Source: Candidatus Cloacimonadales bacterium (lineage in GTDB: Bacteria > Cloacimonadota > Cloacimonadia > Cloacimonadales > JAFGVF01). Taken from it: DNA of 64,000 nt. The stretch lies in the NCBI GenBank assembly GCA_963678315.1, contig OY782781.1, positions 960,001 to 1,024,000 of the forward strand. Direction: 5' to 3'. A model generated the notes under the pieces. It made no database searches. It was not told where the DNA came from and saw only the letters and a list, made by a program, of their open reading frames with translations. The translations under genes were made by a program, and so were the position numbers. Below are positions 10,037-18,779 of this stretch, piece by piece. Each line of letters starts with the position of its first letter. The stretch's first letter is position 1.

Positions 10037-10870
10037 ATGAAAAAACAAGCATTTTTAATTTTGTTGTTGGTTTTATTCAGTTTTAGTTTTTTGTTAGCTC
10101 AAACTGATGATGCAAAAGTAGGTAATGATACCGAAGAGGTTGTTGTTGGAACAGAACAAGGCGCTACTGATACTGCTAGTGAAAAAGTTGAAGGACAAGA
10201 TAAAGATGAAACTAGTCCTACAAACCTATTTAGAATTTATGATAATTCTGGTGTTTACGCTCACTTTATTTTAGCTGTATTCTTATTGGCTGTATTCTAT
10301 GGTCTGTATAGATTCTATATTCTATATATCAAAGAAAAATTAGATGTGGAAGCTTTCCATTTGAAACTTAAAGGACTTGTTAAGTCAGGTTCTATCAAAG
10401 AAGCTATTAATGCTGCTACACTTGTTAAAAGAACTACTTTAGGTCAAGTTTACCGCATTGGTTTGTTTGGATACAGAGATGCAAAAGAATCAGGTAAAAC
10501 TGGTGAAAGCTTGAAAGAAGAAGTTCAAAGAGCATTTAATGAAGCTGCTTATCAAACAATTCCTGTTATTGATAGAGGTTTAGGTTGGTTTGACTTGTTA
10601 GCTCAGGTTTCTACTTATCTTGGTCTACTTGGTACAATTATGGGTCTTATTGAAGCTTTCGGTGGCTTAGGTGGCGGAAACTCAGATAGTAATGCTTTGA
10701 CTGACGGTATTCAAAAATCAATGGGAACAACAGCGCTAGGTCTTATTGGTGCTATTATTATTCAATTTATCAAAGGTGCTCTAAGTGCACGTGCAGAAAA
10801 AATAATTAATGAAGTTGATGAAAAAAGCGTTAAAATAATGAACGTTATCAATAACCAAATCCAGGACTAG
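10037..10870 (+). CDS. MotA/TolQ/ExbB proton-channel subunit (AglR-like)
   Basis: STYLGLLGTIMGLIEAF and GIQKSMGTTALGL motifs; signal peptide followed by an acidic linker. Confidence 0.93.
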   Translation: MKKQAFLILLLVLFSFSFLLAQTDDAKVGNDTEEVVVGTEQGATDTASEKVEGQDKDETSPTNLFRIYDNSGVYAHFILAVFLLAVFYGLYRFYILYIKEKLDVEAFHLKLKGLVKSGSIKEAINAATLVKRTTLGQVYRIGLFGYRDAKESGKTGESLKEEVQRAFNEAAYQTIPVIDRGLGWFDLLAQVSTYLGLLGTIMGLIEAFGGLGGGNSDSNALTDGIQKSMGTTALGLIGAIIIQFIKGALSARAEKIINEVDEKSVKIMNVINNQIQD

Positions 10871-10874
10871 TACT

Positions 10875-11447
10875 ATGAGACGAACTCCTGCTGTTGGAAC
10901 AAAAAAGAAAACATATAGTCCTTCAGAAGGTAGAGCTAGACAAGGTGATCATGGTCATAAAGAAGTTGATTTAGTGCCAATAATGAACCTGTTTGTAACA
11001 ATAATTCCATTATTGCTACAGATGGTTGTTTTGGTAACCATTGCTTATGTTACACTAGATTTAACAACCCCTCAAGCTGGAGGTGGTACTGGCAGTGAAA
11101 GCAATGAAGAAGAGACTCCAAAAGAGATTACTGATCTGGAGCTAGTAATAAACGTTGGTGAAGATAACAAAGAGTTTTACAACTTTGTAAAAAATGGTGA
11201 AATTGATACTGACGTTGCTAATATACCTGTAGAAAATATGGATAAGTTAGCTGATGCATTAAGAAATTATAGAAGTATAATGTTCAATGATCTTTTTAAT
11301 GATAATGATGTTGATAAACATAAAGATAAACAGCTAACAATACAAGTTTTCCCGAAAGATTATGTGGAATTTGGAACATTCGTTAAAACAATGGACTTAT
11401 GTAAGAAATTGAATTTTGGCGATATTATTCTCAAAGAGATTAAATAA
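10875..11447 (+). CDS. ExbD/TolR family subunit 1
   Basis: EVDLVPIMNLFVTIIPLLL transmembrane segment; C-terminal VEFGTFVKTMD. Confidence 0.85.
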   Translation: MRRTPAVGTKKKTYSPSEGRARQGDHGHKEVDLVPIMNLFVTIIPLLLQMVVLVTIAYVTLDLTTPQAGGGTGSESNEEETPKEITDLELVINVGEDNKEFYNFVKNGEIDTDVANIPVENMDKLADALRNYRSIMFNDLFNDNDVDKHKDKQLTIQVFPKDYVEFGTFVKTMDLCKKLNFGDIILKEIK

Positions 11448-11459
11448 GGAGTGTGATAA

Positions 11460-12059
11460 ATGAGTGTAACTAGAAGACATAAAGGCTCTGCACAAATGAG
11501 TATCACCTCTTTGATAGATATTCTTACTATTCTATTGTTATTTGTTATGGTTAACGTTTCTTCTGACCCTGATTTTACACCTGATGATGTGGAGCTAGAA
11601 GAATCCATAATTAACGAAGAAATAGATGCAGAAAGCGAAGTGATTACTTTAAATGTAAGTTACACAGGCCTTGACAAAGGAGTTATAACTTACACAAATA
11701 AGGCAACTGGTGAGCCAATTGAGATTATGAGATTGGAAGAAATTAACAATACAAATGATGAAGAGTTTAAAAACTTGTTAAGCTCTAGTGTTATTGCTTT
11801 GGACGAGCAAATATATGCTGTTTTAGGTGATAATAATGAAAAACCAATTGTTGTGAAAATCAAAGCTCATAAGAAAGTTCCTTTCAAATATATAAATGTT
11901 GTAAAAACACTACTATTAGGTGTATGGAATGGTAGTGAAAACAAAGTACCAAACCTTTCTAAGGCTAATAACTTTGTTTTATATTTTGCTACTTCATTTA
12001 TTAAAGCAGAAACAGATCAGTACAGATCCGTTCTTTCTGATTATGGATTAGGAGGTTAG
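11460..12059 (+). CDS. ExbD/TolR family subunit 2
   Basis: MSITSLIDILTILLLFVM with the conserved Asp; C-terminal IKAHKKVPFKYI. Confidence 0.85.
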   Translation: MSVTRRHKGSAQMSITSLIDILTILLLFVMVNVSSDPDFTPDDVELEESIINEEIDAESEVITLNVSYTGLDKGVITYTNKATGEPIEIMRLEEINNTNDEEFKNLLSSSVIALDEQIYAVLGDNNEKPIVVKIKAHKKVPFKYINVVKTLLLGVWNGSENKVPNLSKANNFVLYFATSFIKAETDQYRSVLSDYGLGG

Positions 12060-12060
12060 A

Positions 12061-13566
12061 ATGCGATCAGATTTATTCTTAATTTATAATTATCGGGGTA
12101 AACAATTTGTTATCGCAAAAGACGATCCTGAAATTCACAGACTGTTTCGCTTAGGAAAGAAGCTTGTAATAGGCTCAGATGCCAAGAACTTATGGCAAAT
12201 TTATGATAATAAGTTCCCAAAGAAGTATGTTTTTGTAGAGAAAGGTCAAGATTCCTATTTTGTAAATCTACAAAAAAATATGTCTATTGTTGTCAGTGAT
12301 GGCAATAAGGAACTAACATTAGAAGAATTAAAATCTAAAGGCTTATTAAAGAATAACAAGCTATATCTTAAAGAAGGATATAGTGGTTCAGTTCATATAA
12401 ATGAAAACACTGAGATTAAATTTAGATTTGTTAGAGGAAGTGTTGCATTAACTGAAGACCAGAAGAGAATGGTAGCTAACTTTACCAAGAGACCTCCATT
12501 AGCCTCTGACCAAAAGATTACAAGAAGTCTTATCTTTATTGTGCTTATACTTGTTATTGCTTTTGCTTCATATATGAACTATGTTTATGAACCAGTGGTA
12601 AAAAAATCTGTTTTTGAACAAACAAGAGATAATCTAAAGCGTGAGATGACAGTTTCTGCTGAAGTTAAAGTTAATACTCCTACTAATGTTGCGACAGTTG
12701 AAAAAACAGGTGGTGAGGGAGAAAAGATTGACGAAACTCCTCAAGAAGTTACACCAACTGATGATCAAACTACTAATGCCAATACTATGAGTAATGCAGA
12801 TGCTTTAGCACTAATTAGTGCTACCCAAGTAGATTTAGTGAATCAAACAATGAGCACACAGAATACTCAAGTTGCGGGAATGCCTTCAGGAGGTGGAGGT
12901 GGTGGAGCAATTAGTGGAAGCCTTATTTCGAGTACAATGAGTGGACTTAAAGGTAACAATAATAGAAAAACCACAATTAACATTGGAAATGTTAGTACTT
13001 CAACAAGTATCGACGATAGAATTAATGCTCTAGCTGCAGGACGTGGTTTGGACACCGGTTTAGCTGCAGTGGGCGCAGGTGGAGAATCTGTTACAACTGT
13101 TGCTGAAGGTCGTGCAACTAATCTAATAGCATCTACAGACATAAATGCTATAAAAGATTATAATGCAAATGTTGGTAAGAATCCAGGTGGTGGTATTGAA
13201 GATACTGGAACTGCAAATGTTGCTGTGTCAGGACTTCCTAAGACAGTTGATCCTAAAGCTATTATTGAAGAACCTACTGTAACAGGTGAAACTGCACAGC
13301 AAAGTAGAGTTAAACAATGGTTCACAGGAACAATGGGACCTCAAATATCTGGTTTATACAATACTTATAAGTTAACTAAGCCGATACGTGGTTACTTAGA
13401 TTTTACATTTAAAATTGTGAAAGGAAAAGTTGTGAAAGTAACTATTACTGGTTCTATTAAAGATAAAAAATTCATTAATGAGTTAAGGAAAATTCTAAAT
13501 AAAAAAACTATCACAGGTTTAGTCGATTATGACAGTAAGCCAATTCGAAAGAACTTTGGTAATTAA
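12061..13566 (+). CDS. Single-pass TonB-like transducer (GltG/AgmX-PglI-like architecture)
   Basis: Beta-rich FHA-like N-domain (LVIGSDAKN), one TM helix, long Gly/Thr/Ser linker, C-terminal ISGLYN.Y....PIRGYLDFTFKIVKGKVVKV resembling a TonB_C/PglI domain. Confidence 0.65.
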   Translation: MRSDLFLIYNYRGKQFVIAKDDPEIHRLFRLGKKLVIGSDAKNLWQIYDNKFPKKYVFVEKGQDSYFVNLQKNMSIVVSDGNKELTLEELKSKGLLKNNKLYLKEGYSGSVHINENTEIKFRFVRGSVALTEDQKRMVANFTKRPPLASDQKITRSLIFIVLILVIAFASYMNYVYEPVVKKSVFEQTRDNLKREMTVSAEVKVNTPTNVATVEKTGGEGEKIDETPQEVTPTDDQTTNANTMSNADALALISATQVDLVNQTMSTQNTQVAGMPSGGGGGGAISGSLISSTMSGLKGNNNRKTTINIGNVSTSTSIDDRINALAAGRGLDTGLAAVGAGGESVTTVAEGRATNLIASTDINAIKDYNANVGKNPGGGIEDTGTANVAVSGLPKTVDPKAIIEEPTVTGETAQQSRVKQWFTGTMGPQISGLYNTYKLTKPIRGYLDFTFKIVKGKVVKVTITGSIKDKKFINELRKILNKKTITGLVDYDSKPIRKNFGN

Positions 13567-13600
13567 ACTTATTAATCAATAATAACAATATAACTTAACT

Positions 13601-13634
13601 AAGGGGATTTACTCGCAAGAGTAATCCCCTTTCC
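13601..13634 (+). terminator. Intrinsic terminator closing the envelope operon
   Basis: AAGGGGATT(T)ACTC-GCAA-GAGTAATCCCCTT followed by T-rich sequence. Confidence 0.8.
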
Positions 13635-13695
13635 CTTTTGATATTTCAAATCTTTTTTCTTGCCAATTATAATTAACTTTTGAATATACAATTCT

Positions 13696-16062
13696 ATGAA
13701 GCATTATATAATTAGTTTAAACATGGAGCTCGATAGAGAGTTCATCTATACTTCTAAAAAGGAATTAACATTAGGTTTACGGTGCATTGTTCCTTTTAGG
13801 AATTCTATACGTACAGGAATTGTTCAAAGTGAAGCAGTATCTGTTGATAATTCAATACAGTATAAAGAGATTTTAGAAGTTGTAGAAGACAAGCCTTTAC
13901 TCACTTTTGATTTGTGGAAATTAAGTTTCTGGATAGCTAATTATTATGCAACAAGTATTGGTAAGGTTTTATTTTCTATGCTACCTAAAGGTCTGTCCTT
14001 AGAAATATTTACTGATATTAGATTGAAAGGAGACCATAAAGAGCTAGGAAATAAGCTAGATTTATATGAGATGCTTAAAGATGAAGAATGGCATGAACTA
14101 AATTATATATTCAATCAGTTAGGAAGTAGGATTAGTTACAAATTAATTGAGGAGCTAGAGAAAGCAGGGATAATTGAAGTAAAAAGGCACTATGACAAGA
14201 AAGTAAAGGTAAAGAAAGCAAATTTTATTTTTGTAGAAGGCAATGATAAAGATGTGAAGTTATCTCCTAAGCAAAAAGAAGCCTTTGAACTTATAAGAAG
14301 CAGTGAAAAGATTCTCGCATTAACAGATATTGCTAAAGCTTTTTCATATTCAATTATTAGAGCCTTGCAGGAAAAGGGCTTAATCAAGATAATTCCCCTT
14401 GAAGTTAGTGATAATATTGATTTACTTCCTACAAGGAAAGAACGCAAAATCGTTACGTTAACAGATGAACAAGCTAGGGTAATCTCCAATATCGAAAAGG
14501 ATTTAGAATCATACAAGGTTCATTTACTTTACGGGATAACTGGTTCAGGTAAAACAGAAGTCTATATTAGGATAATGGAAAAAGTCTTGGCTAATGGTAA
14601 GAATGCCCTTTTGTTAGTCCCTGAAATATCCCTTACTCCTCAAACCGTTGACCGTTTCTACAGTGCTTTCGGAGAGAATATAGCCATTCTACATAGTAAT
14701 CTAACGGATAGAGAGCGTTTCCATGAATGGAAAAGAATCAAAGCTAATGAATGTAGAATAATCATCGGGGCTAGATCTGCTATATTTGCTCCCTTGCAAG
14801 ATATTGGACTTATCATAGTTGATGAAGAGCATGAGGGTTCTTATAAGCAGGAGAATAGTCCACGCTACAATGCTAGAGACTTAGCTGTTATGAGGGGAAA
14901 AATAAATGTATGCCCTGTTATTCTAGGTTCAGCTACTCCTTCCCTGGAATCTTGGTTAAACGCTTTAAATGGACGTTATATCCTCAATAAAATGTTAAAA
15001 CGACCTACAGGAATAACTCTTCCCACAGTTAAAATCATTGACTTGAAGAAAGAAAAGAATGACCTTTTACTATCGGAAGACCTGTTGAAAGCTATAAAGG
15101 ATAAACTAGAAAAGAAAGAACAGGTTATCCTCTTTCAAAATCGAAGAGGATATTCTAATTTTATGCAATGTAAAAGTTGTGGTGAGCTGATTAAATGTCC
15201 GCATTGTGATGTTAGCCTGCATTATCATAGTTATACAGAAGAAGTCATCTGTCATTATTGTGGTTATAAGAAACCTACTCCAAGAAAGTGTCCTTCCTGT
15301 GGAGGATATTCTTTCATGTATGGAGTAGGGGGAACTCAAAAGCTTGAAGAACAGGTTAGATCATGTTTTCCAACTGCTAAAGTTATGAGAATGGACTCTG
15401 ATACCACAAGCAAGAAGAGTTCTTATAATGACATGTTTGAAGCAATGTCGTCTAATTCTGTAGACATACTTCTAGGAACTCAGATGATATCTAAAGGCTT
15501 AGATTTCCCTAATGTGACCCTAGTTGGAGTTATCTTGGCTGATATATCTTTAGGCCTAGCTGATTTTAGAGCATCGGAAAGAACCTTCCAATTGTTAACG
15601 CAAGTGGCTGGACGTTCAGGAAGAGGTGATAAAGTTGGACAAGTTATAATACAGACTTATATGCCTGAGCACTATGCTATAGTTAATTCATCTAATCAAG
15701 ATTTCCTTAAAATGGCTGAAATGGAATTACACATGCGGGAAAGTTTATTTTATCCACCTCATTTTAGATTAGCTCGAATCTTATTCTCTCATCATACAGA
15801 GAAAACTTTATTAGAATCTTTTAATAAAAATAGAGAGTTCTTTCAGCAACTAAGCTCTATTTATTCATTCCAAGAATTAAAAGTATTGGGACCAGCTCCT
15901 GCCCCAATTCCTAGAATTAGTAATAAATTCCGCTATCACTTAATCTTCAAAGGTAAGGATGTAAGTGTTATCTCTTCTGTGATTAAATTCTTCAAATCAA
16001 ATTATAAGGCTAAATCCTCAATTAAAGTTGCTATCGATATTGACCCTATATCTCTCTTATAG
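13696..16062 (+). CDS. priA: Primosomal protein N' (replication restart helicase)
   Basis: GITGSGKTEVY, VPEISLTPQ, DEEH, two Cys4 zinc sites, KGLDFPNVTLV, QVAGRSGR. Confidence 0.97.
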   Translation: MKHYIISLNMELDREFIYTSKKELTLGLRCIVPFRNSIRTGIVQSEAVSVDNSIQYKEILEVVEDKPLLTFDLWKLSFWIANYYATSIGKVLFSMLPKGLSLEIFTDIRLKGDHKELGNKLDLYEMLKDEEWHELNYIFNQLGSRISYKLIEELEKAGIIEVKRHYDKKVKVKKANFIFVEGNDKDVKLSPKQKEAFELIRSSEKILALTDIAKAFSYSIIRALQEKGLIKIIPLEVSDNIDLLPTRKERKIVTLTDEQARVISNIEKDLESYKVHLLYGITGSGKTEVYIRIMEKVLANGKNALLLVPEISLTPQTVDRFYSAFGENIAILHSNLTDRERFHEWKRIKANECRIIIGARSAIFAPLQDIGLIIVDEEHEGSYKQENSPRYNARDLAVMRGKINVCPVILGSATPSLESWLNALNGRYILNKMLKRPTGITLPTVKIIDLKKEKNDLLLSEDLLKAIKDKLEKKEQVILFQNRRGYSNFMQCKSCGELIKCPHCDVSLHYHSYTEEVICHYCGYKKPTPRKCPSCGGYSFMYGVGGTQKLEEQVRSCFPTAKVMRMDSDTTSKKSSYNDMFEAMSSNSVDILLGTQMISKGLDFPNVTLVGVILADISLGLADFRASERTFQLLTQVAGRSGRGDKVGQVIIQTYMPEHYAIVNSSNQDFLKMAEMELHMRESLFYPPHFRLARILFSHHTEKTLLESFNKNREFFQQLSSIYSFQELKVLGPAPAPIPRISNKFRYHLIFKGKDVSVISSVIKFFKSNYKAKSSIKVAIDIDPISLL

Positions 16063-17170
16063 TGACAAATTCTCTAAAGTTATTCCTATCAATGAATTTT
16101 GCTTGAACATTATATGTATCTGTGAAGGTGGAAGGAACTTTTTGTTTTTTTGTTTGCCATTTAAATTCATAACCAGATATTTTACCTGCGCTTTCTTCTA
16201 CAAAATCAACCTCCTGTTGTTGTTTTGTTCTCCAGAAGTAGATGTTTGCAAATGTTTTTTTATAGATGTTTTGTTTTTTGCGTTCGGAAACTAGAAAGTT
16301 CTCCCATAAAGCACCTTTATCAGGTCTTAAATCAATTCCTGTGAAGTTCCCAATAATTGTGTTTCTGATACCATTGTCATAGAAGTAGATCTTCCTACTT
16401 TGTTTAATCTCATTTCTTAGATTTCTACTAAAACTATTTAGCCTAAAAATCACATATCCATCTTCAAGAATTTGGATATACTTTTGGACAGTAGTCTTGT
16501 TGATTCCGACCAATGAAGAAAGCTCATTGTAGTTTACTTCATTACCTACTTGAAAGGCTAGAGCTTGCAATAATTTTTCTAATACTTCAGGTTTCCTGAT
16601 ATCTGAGAATGCTAGAAGGTCTTTATATAGATAACTATTAACTAAATTACTTAAAATTTCTTTTTCATCACCAGTATTATTCAAAACATCTGGGTAAAAT
16701 CCATAGATTAATCTATTATCTAATTGTTGCTCAGATTTAACATATCCAATACTAGTCTCAAATTCTTCCCAAGTTATTGGGTACAGCTGATATTCCCATT
16801 TCCTACCAGTTAAAGGCTCATTTATTTCGTTTGCTAGATTGAAAGCTGAAGAACCACTAACTAGCAATTGTACTCCTTTTAATTGATCAGTAACTATTTT
16901 TAAGGTTAATCCAATATTCTTTATACGTTGAGCTTCATCAATGAATACAATTTTATTAGATGCAATGATTGATTTTATTTTTTCAGTAGATGGATTAGTT
17001 AATAAACTTCTTGTTGTTGGATCATCTCCATCAAGAAAGAGATATTCTTCTTTATCTAAAATTTGTTTTATAAGAGTAGTTTTTCCAACCTGTCTTGCCC
17101 CATTTACTATTATTGCTTTGCCTGAAAATAGTCTTTTTTTTATCTTCTTTTCTAAATAACGTTTGAACAT
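16046..17170 (-). CDS. AAA+ ATPase with DUF4143 C-terminal domain
   Basis: GARQVGKTT, FIDEAQ, SGSS, LTGR, KIYFYDNG, YFWRT..QQEVDFV..EFKW. Confidence 0.92.
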   Translation of the reverse strand: MFKRYLEKKIKKRLFSGKAIIVNGARQVGKTTLIKQILDKEEYLFLDGDDPTTRSLLTNPSTEKIKSIIASNKIVFIDEAQRIKNIGLTLKIVTDQLKGVQLLVSGSSAFNLANEINEPLTGRKWEYQLYPITWEEFETSIGYVKSEQQLDNRLIYGFYPDVLNNTGDEKEILSNLVNSYLYKDLLAFSDIRKPEVLEKLLQALAFQVGNEVNYNELSSLVGINKTTVQKYIQILEDGYVIFRLNSFSRNLRNEIKQSRKIYFYDNGIRNTIIGNFTGIDLRPDKGALWENFLVSERKKQNIYKKTFANIYFWRTKQQQEVDFVEESAGKISGYEFKWQTKKQKVPSTFTDTYNVQAKFIDRNNFREFVTIREI

Positions 17171-17255
17171 TTTCCATCTCCAATTTGTTTTAAAATCTTT
17201 TATCTACTGTTATATATAATGTTAACGCTTGATTTGTCAAGATAAAAGTAAATCC

Positions 17256-17351
17256 TAATGACCAAAAGTTATAACTATTGGTCATTATAATGGCTAAAAG
17301 TTATAACTATTGGTCATTATAATAGCGAGAAGTTATAAATAAGGTTCATTC
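17256..17351. repeat. Three tandem 32-bp palindromic repeats
   Basis: TAATGACCAAAAGTTATAACTATTGGTCATTA (17256), TAATGGCTAAAAGTTATAACTATTGGTCATTA (17288), degenerate third copy (17320). Confidence 0.9.
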
Positions 17352-17494
17352 GTATGATCTTTTTCTTTGGAATATAATCTTGATTATTCTTCAACTTACA
17401 TCATCTTAACAAATGAAATAAAATTTATTTGACATTATAGCCCTATATCAAAATCTGTAAAAAAGATTATGTTAATAATATATTAGGAGATAAA

Positions 17495-18712
17495 ATGAAA
17501 ATACTTGTACTAAATTGTGGTTCATCTTCAATCAAATTTCAGTTAATTAATAGAGAAACTGAAATAGTTTTAGCAGAAGGTTCAATTGAACGTATTGGAG
17601 AAGAAATTTCTCTATTTACTTATAAGAGTGAAAGATATACAACTAAGAAACAAGAGTTGTTAATCCCAAATCATGAAGAAGGTTTAAAAGATGTAATTAA
17701 TCTTTTATTAGATTCAGAAAAAGGCTGTATTGCTTCTGCTGATGAAATTGATGCAGTTGGACACAGAGTTGTTCACGCTGGTGAATACTACTCAGGTTCA
17801 GTATATATCGATGATGCTGTTGTTCATGCTTTAAAAGAATGTACTCACCTTGCACCTCTTCACAATCCTGCTAATATCAAAGGTATTGAAGCTGTTGAAA
17901 AGTATCTCCCTGGTACTCCTCAATGTGGTGTGTTTGATACAGCTTTCCACCAAACAATGCCTGAAAAAGCATATCTATATGCAATTCCTTACGAACTTTA
18001 TGTTGAAAACAAAATCAGAAGATATGGTTTCCACGGAACTTCTCACAAGTATGTTTCATTAAAAGCTGCTGAATTCTTAGGTAAAGACGTAACTGAATTA
18101 AAAATGATTTCATGTCACATTGGTAATGGTGCTTCTATCACTGCTATCAATAAAGGTGAATCAGTTGATACTTCAATGGGTTTAACTCCTCTTGAAGGTC
18201 TTGTAATGGGAACACGTTGTGGCGATCTTGATCCTGCTATCCCTATCTTCTTACAAGAAAATCTAAAGATGTCTTCAGCAGAAGTTAATACTCTTCTTAA
18301 CAAAAAATCAGGTATGCTTGGTCTTTCTCAATTGTCAAATGATATGAGAGCTATCGAAGATGGTATCGTAAAAGATCATGACCACCGTGCTATCAGAGCT
18401 CACGATGTTTATGCTTATAGAATCAAGAAATACATCGGTGCTTATGCTGCAGCTATGAATGGGGTAGATGTAATCATCTTTACTGGTGGTGTTGGTGAAA
18501 ACATGCCTATCCTTCGTGAATTAGTATGTTCAGATATGGACTACTTAGGTGTTAAAATTGATCCTAAAGAAAACAACCAATGGGTTGGTGGAACTTTAGA
18601 TATTACTGCTAAAGATGGTAAAGTTAAAGTTCTTAAAGTTCAAACTAATGAAGAACTTATGATTGCTATCGAAACTCAAAAGATTATCAATAGCCGAAAG
18701 ATAGAAGACTAA
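17495..18712 (+). CDS. ackA: Acetate kinase
   Basis: LVLNCGSSSIK, GHRVVH, APLHNP, VFDTAFH, RRYGFHGTSH, TNEE. Confidence 0.97.
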   Translation: MKILVLNCGSSSIKFQLINRETEIVLAEGSIERIGEEISLFTYKSERYTTKKQELLIPNHEEGLKDVINLLLDSEKGCIASADEIDAVGHRVVHAGEYYSGSVYIDDAVVHALKECTHLAPLHNPANIKGIEAVEKYLPGTPQCGVFDTAFHQTMPEKAYLYAIPYELYVENKIRRYGFHGTSHKYVSLKAAEFLGKDVTELKMISCHIGNGASITAINKGESVDTSMGLTPLEGLVMGTRCGDLDPAIPIFLQENLKMSSAEVNTLLNKKSGMLGLSQLSNDMRAIEDGIVKDHDHRAIRAHDVYAYRIKKYIGAYAAAMNGVDVIIFTGGVGENMPILRELVCSDMDYLGVKIDPKENNQWVGGTLDITAKDGKVKVLKVQTNEELMIAIETQKIINSRKIED

Positions 18713-18737
18713 ATCTTACTATTGACCAAATATATTG

Positions 18738-18764
18738 AAGCCTGCAGATTTTCTGTAGGCTTTG
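18738..18764. terminator. Hairpin terminator between ackA and the convergent gene
   Basis: AAGCCTGCAGA-TTT-TCTGTAGGCTT. Confidence 0.7.
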
Positions 18765-18779
18765 CTTTATATTGTAATT

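Noticed and set aside
17256..17351. CRISPR array
   Set aside because: The 32-bp repeats are contiguous with no spacers, and no cas genes are nearby.
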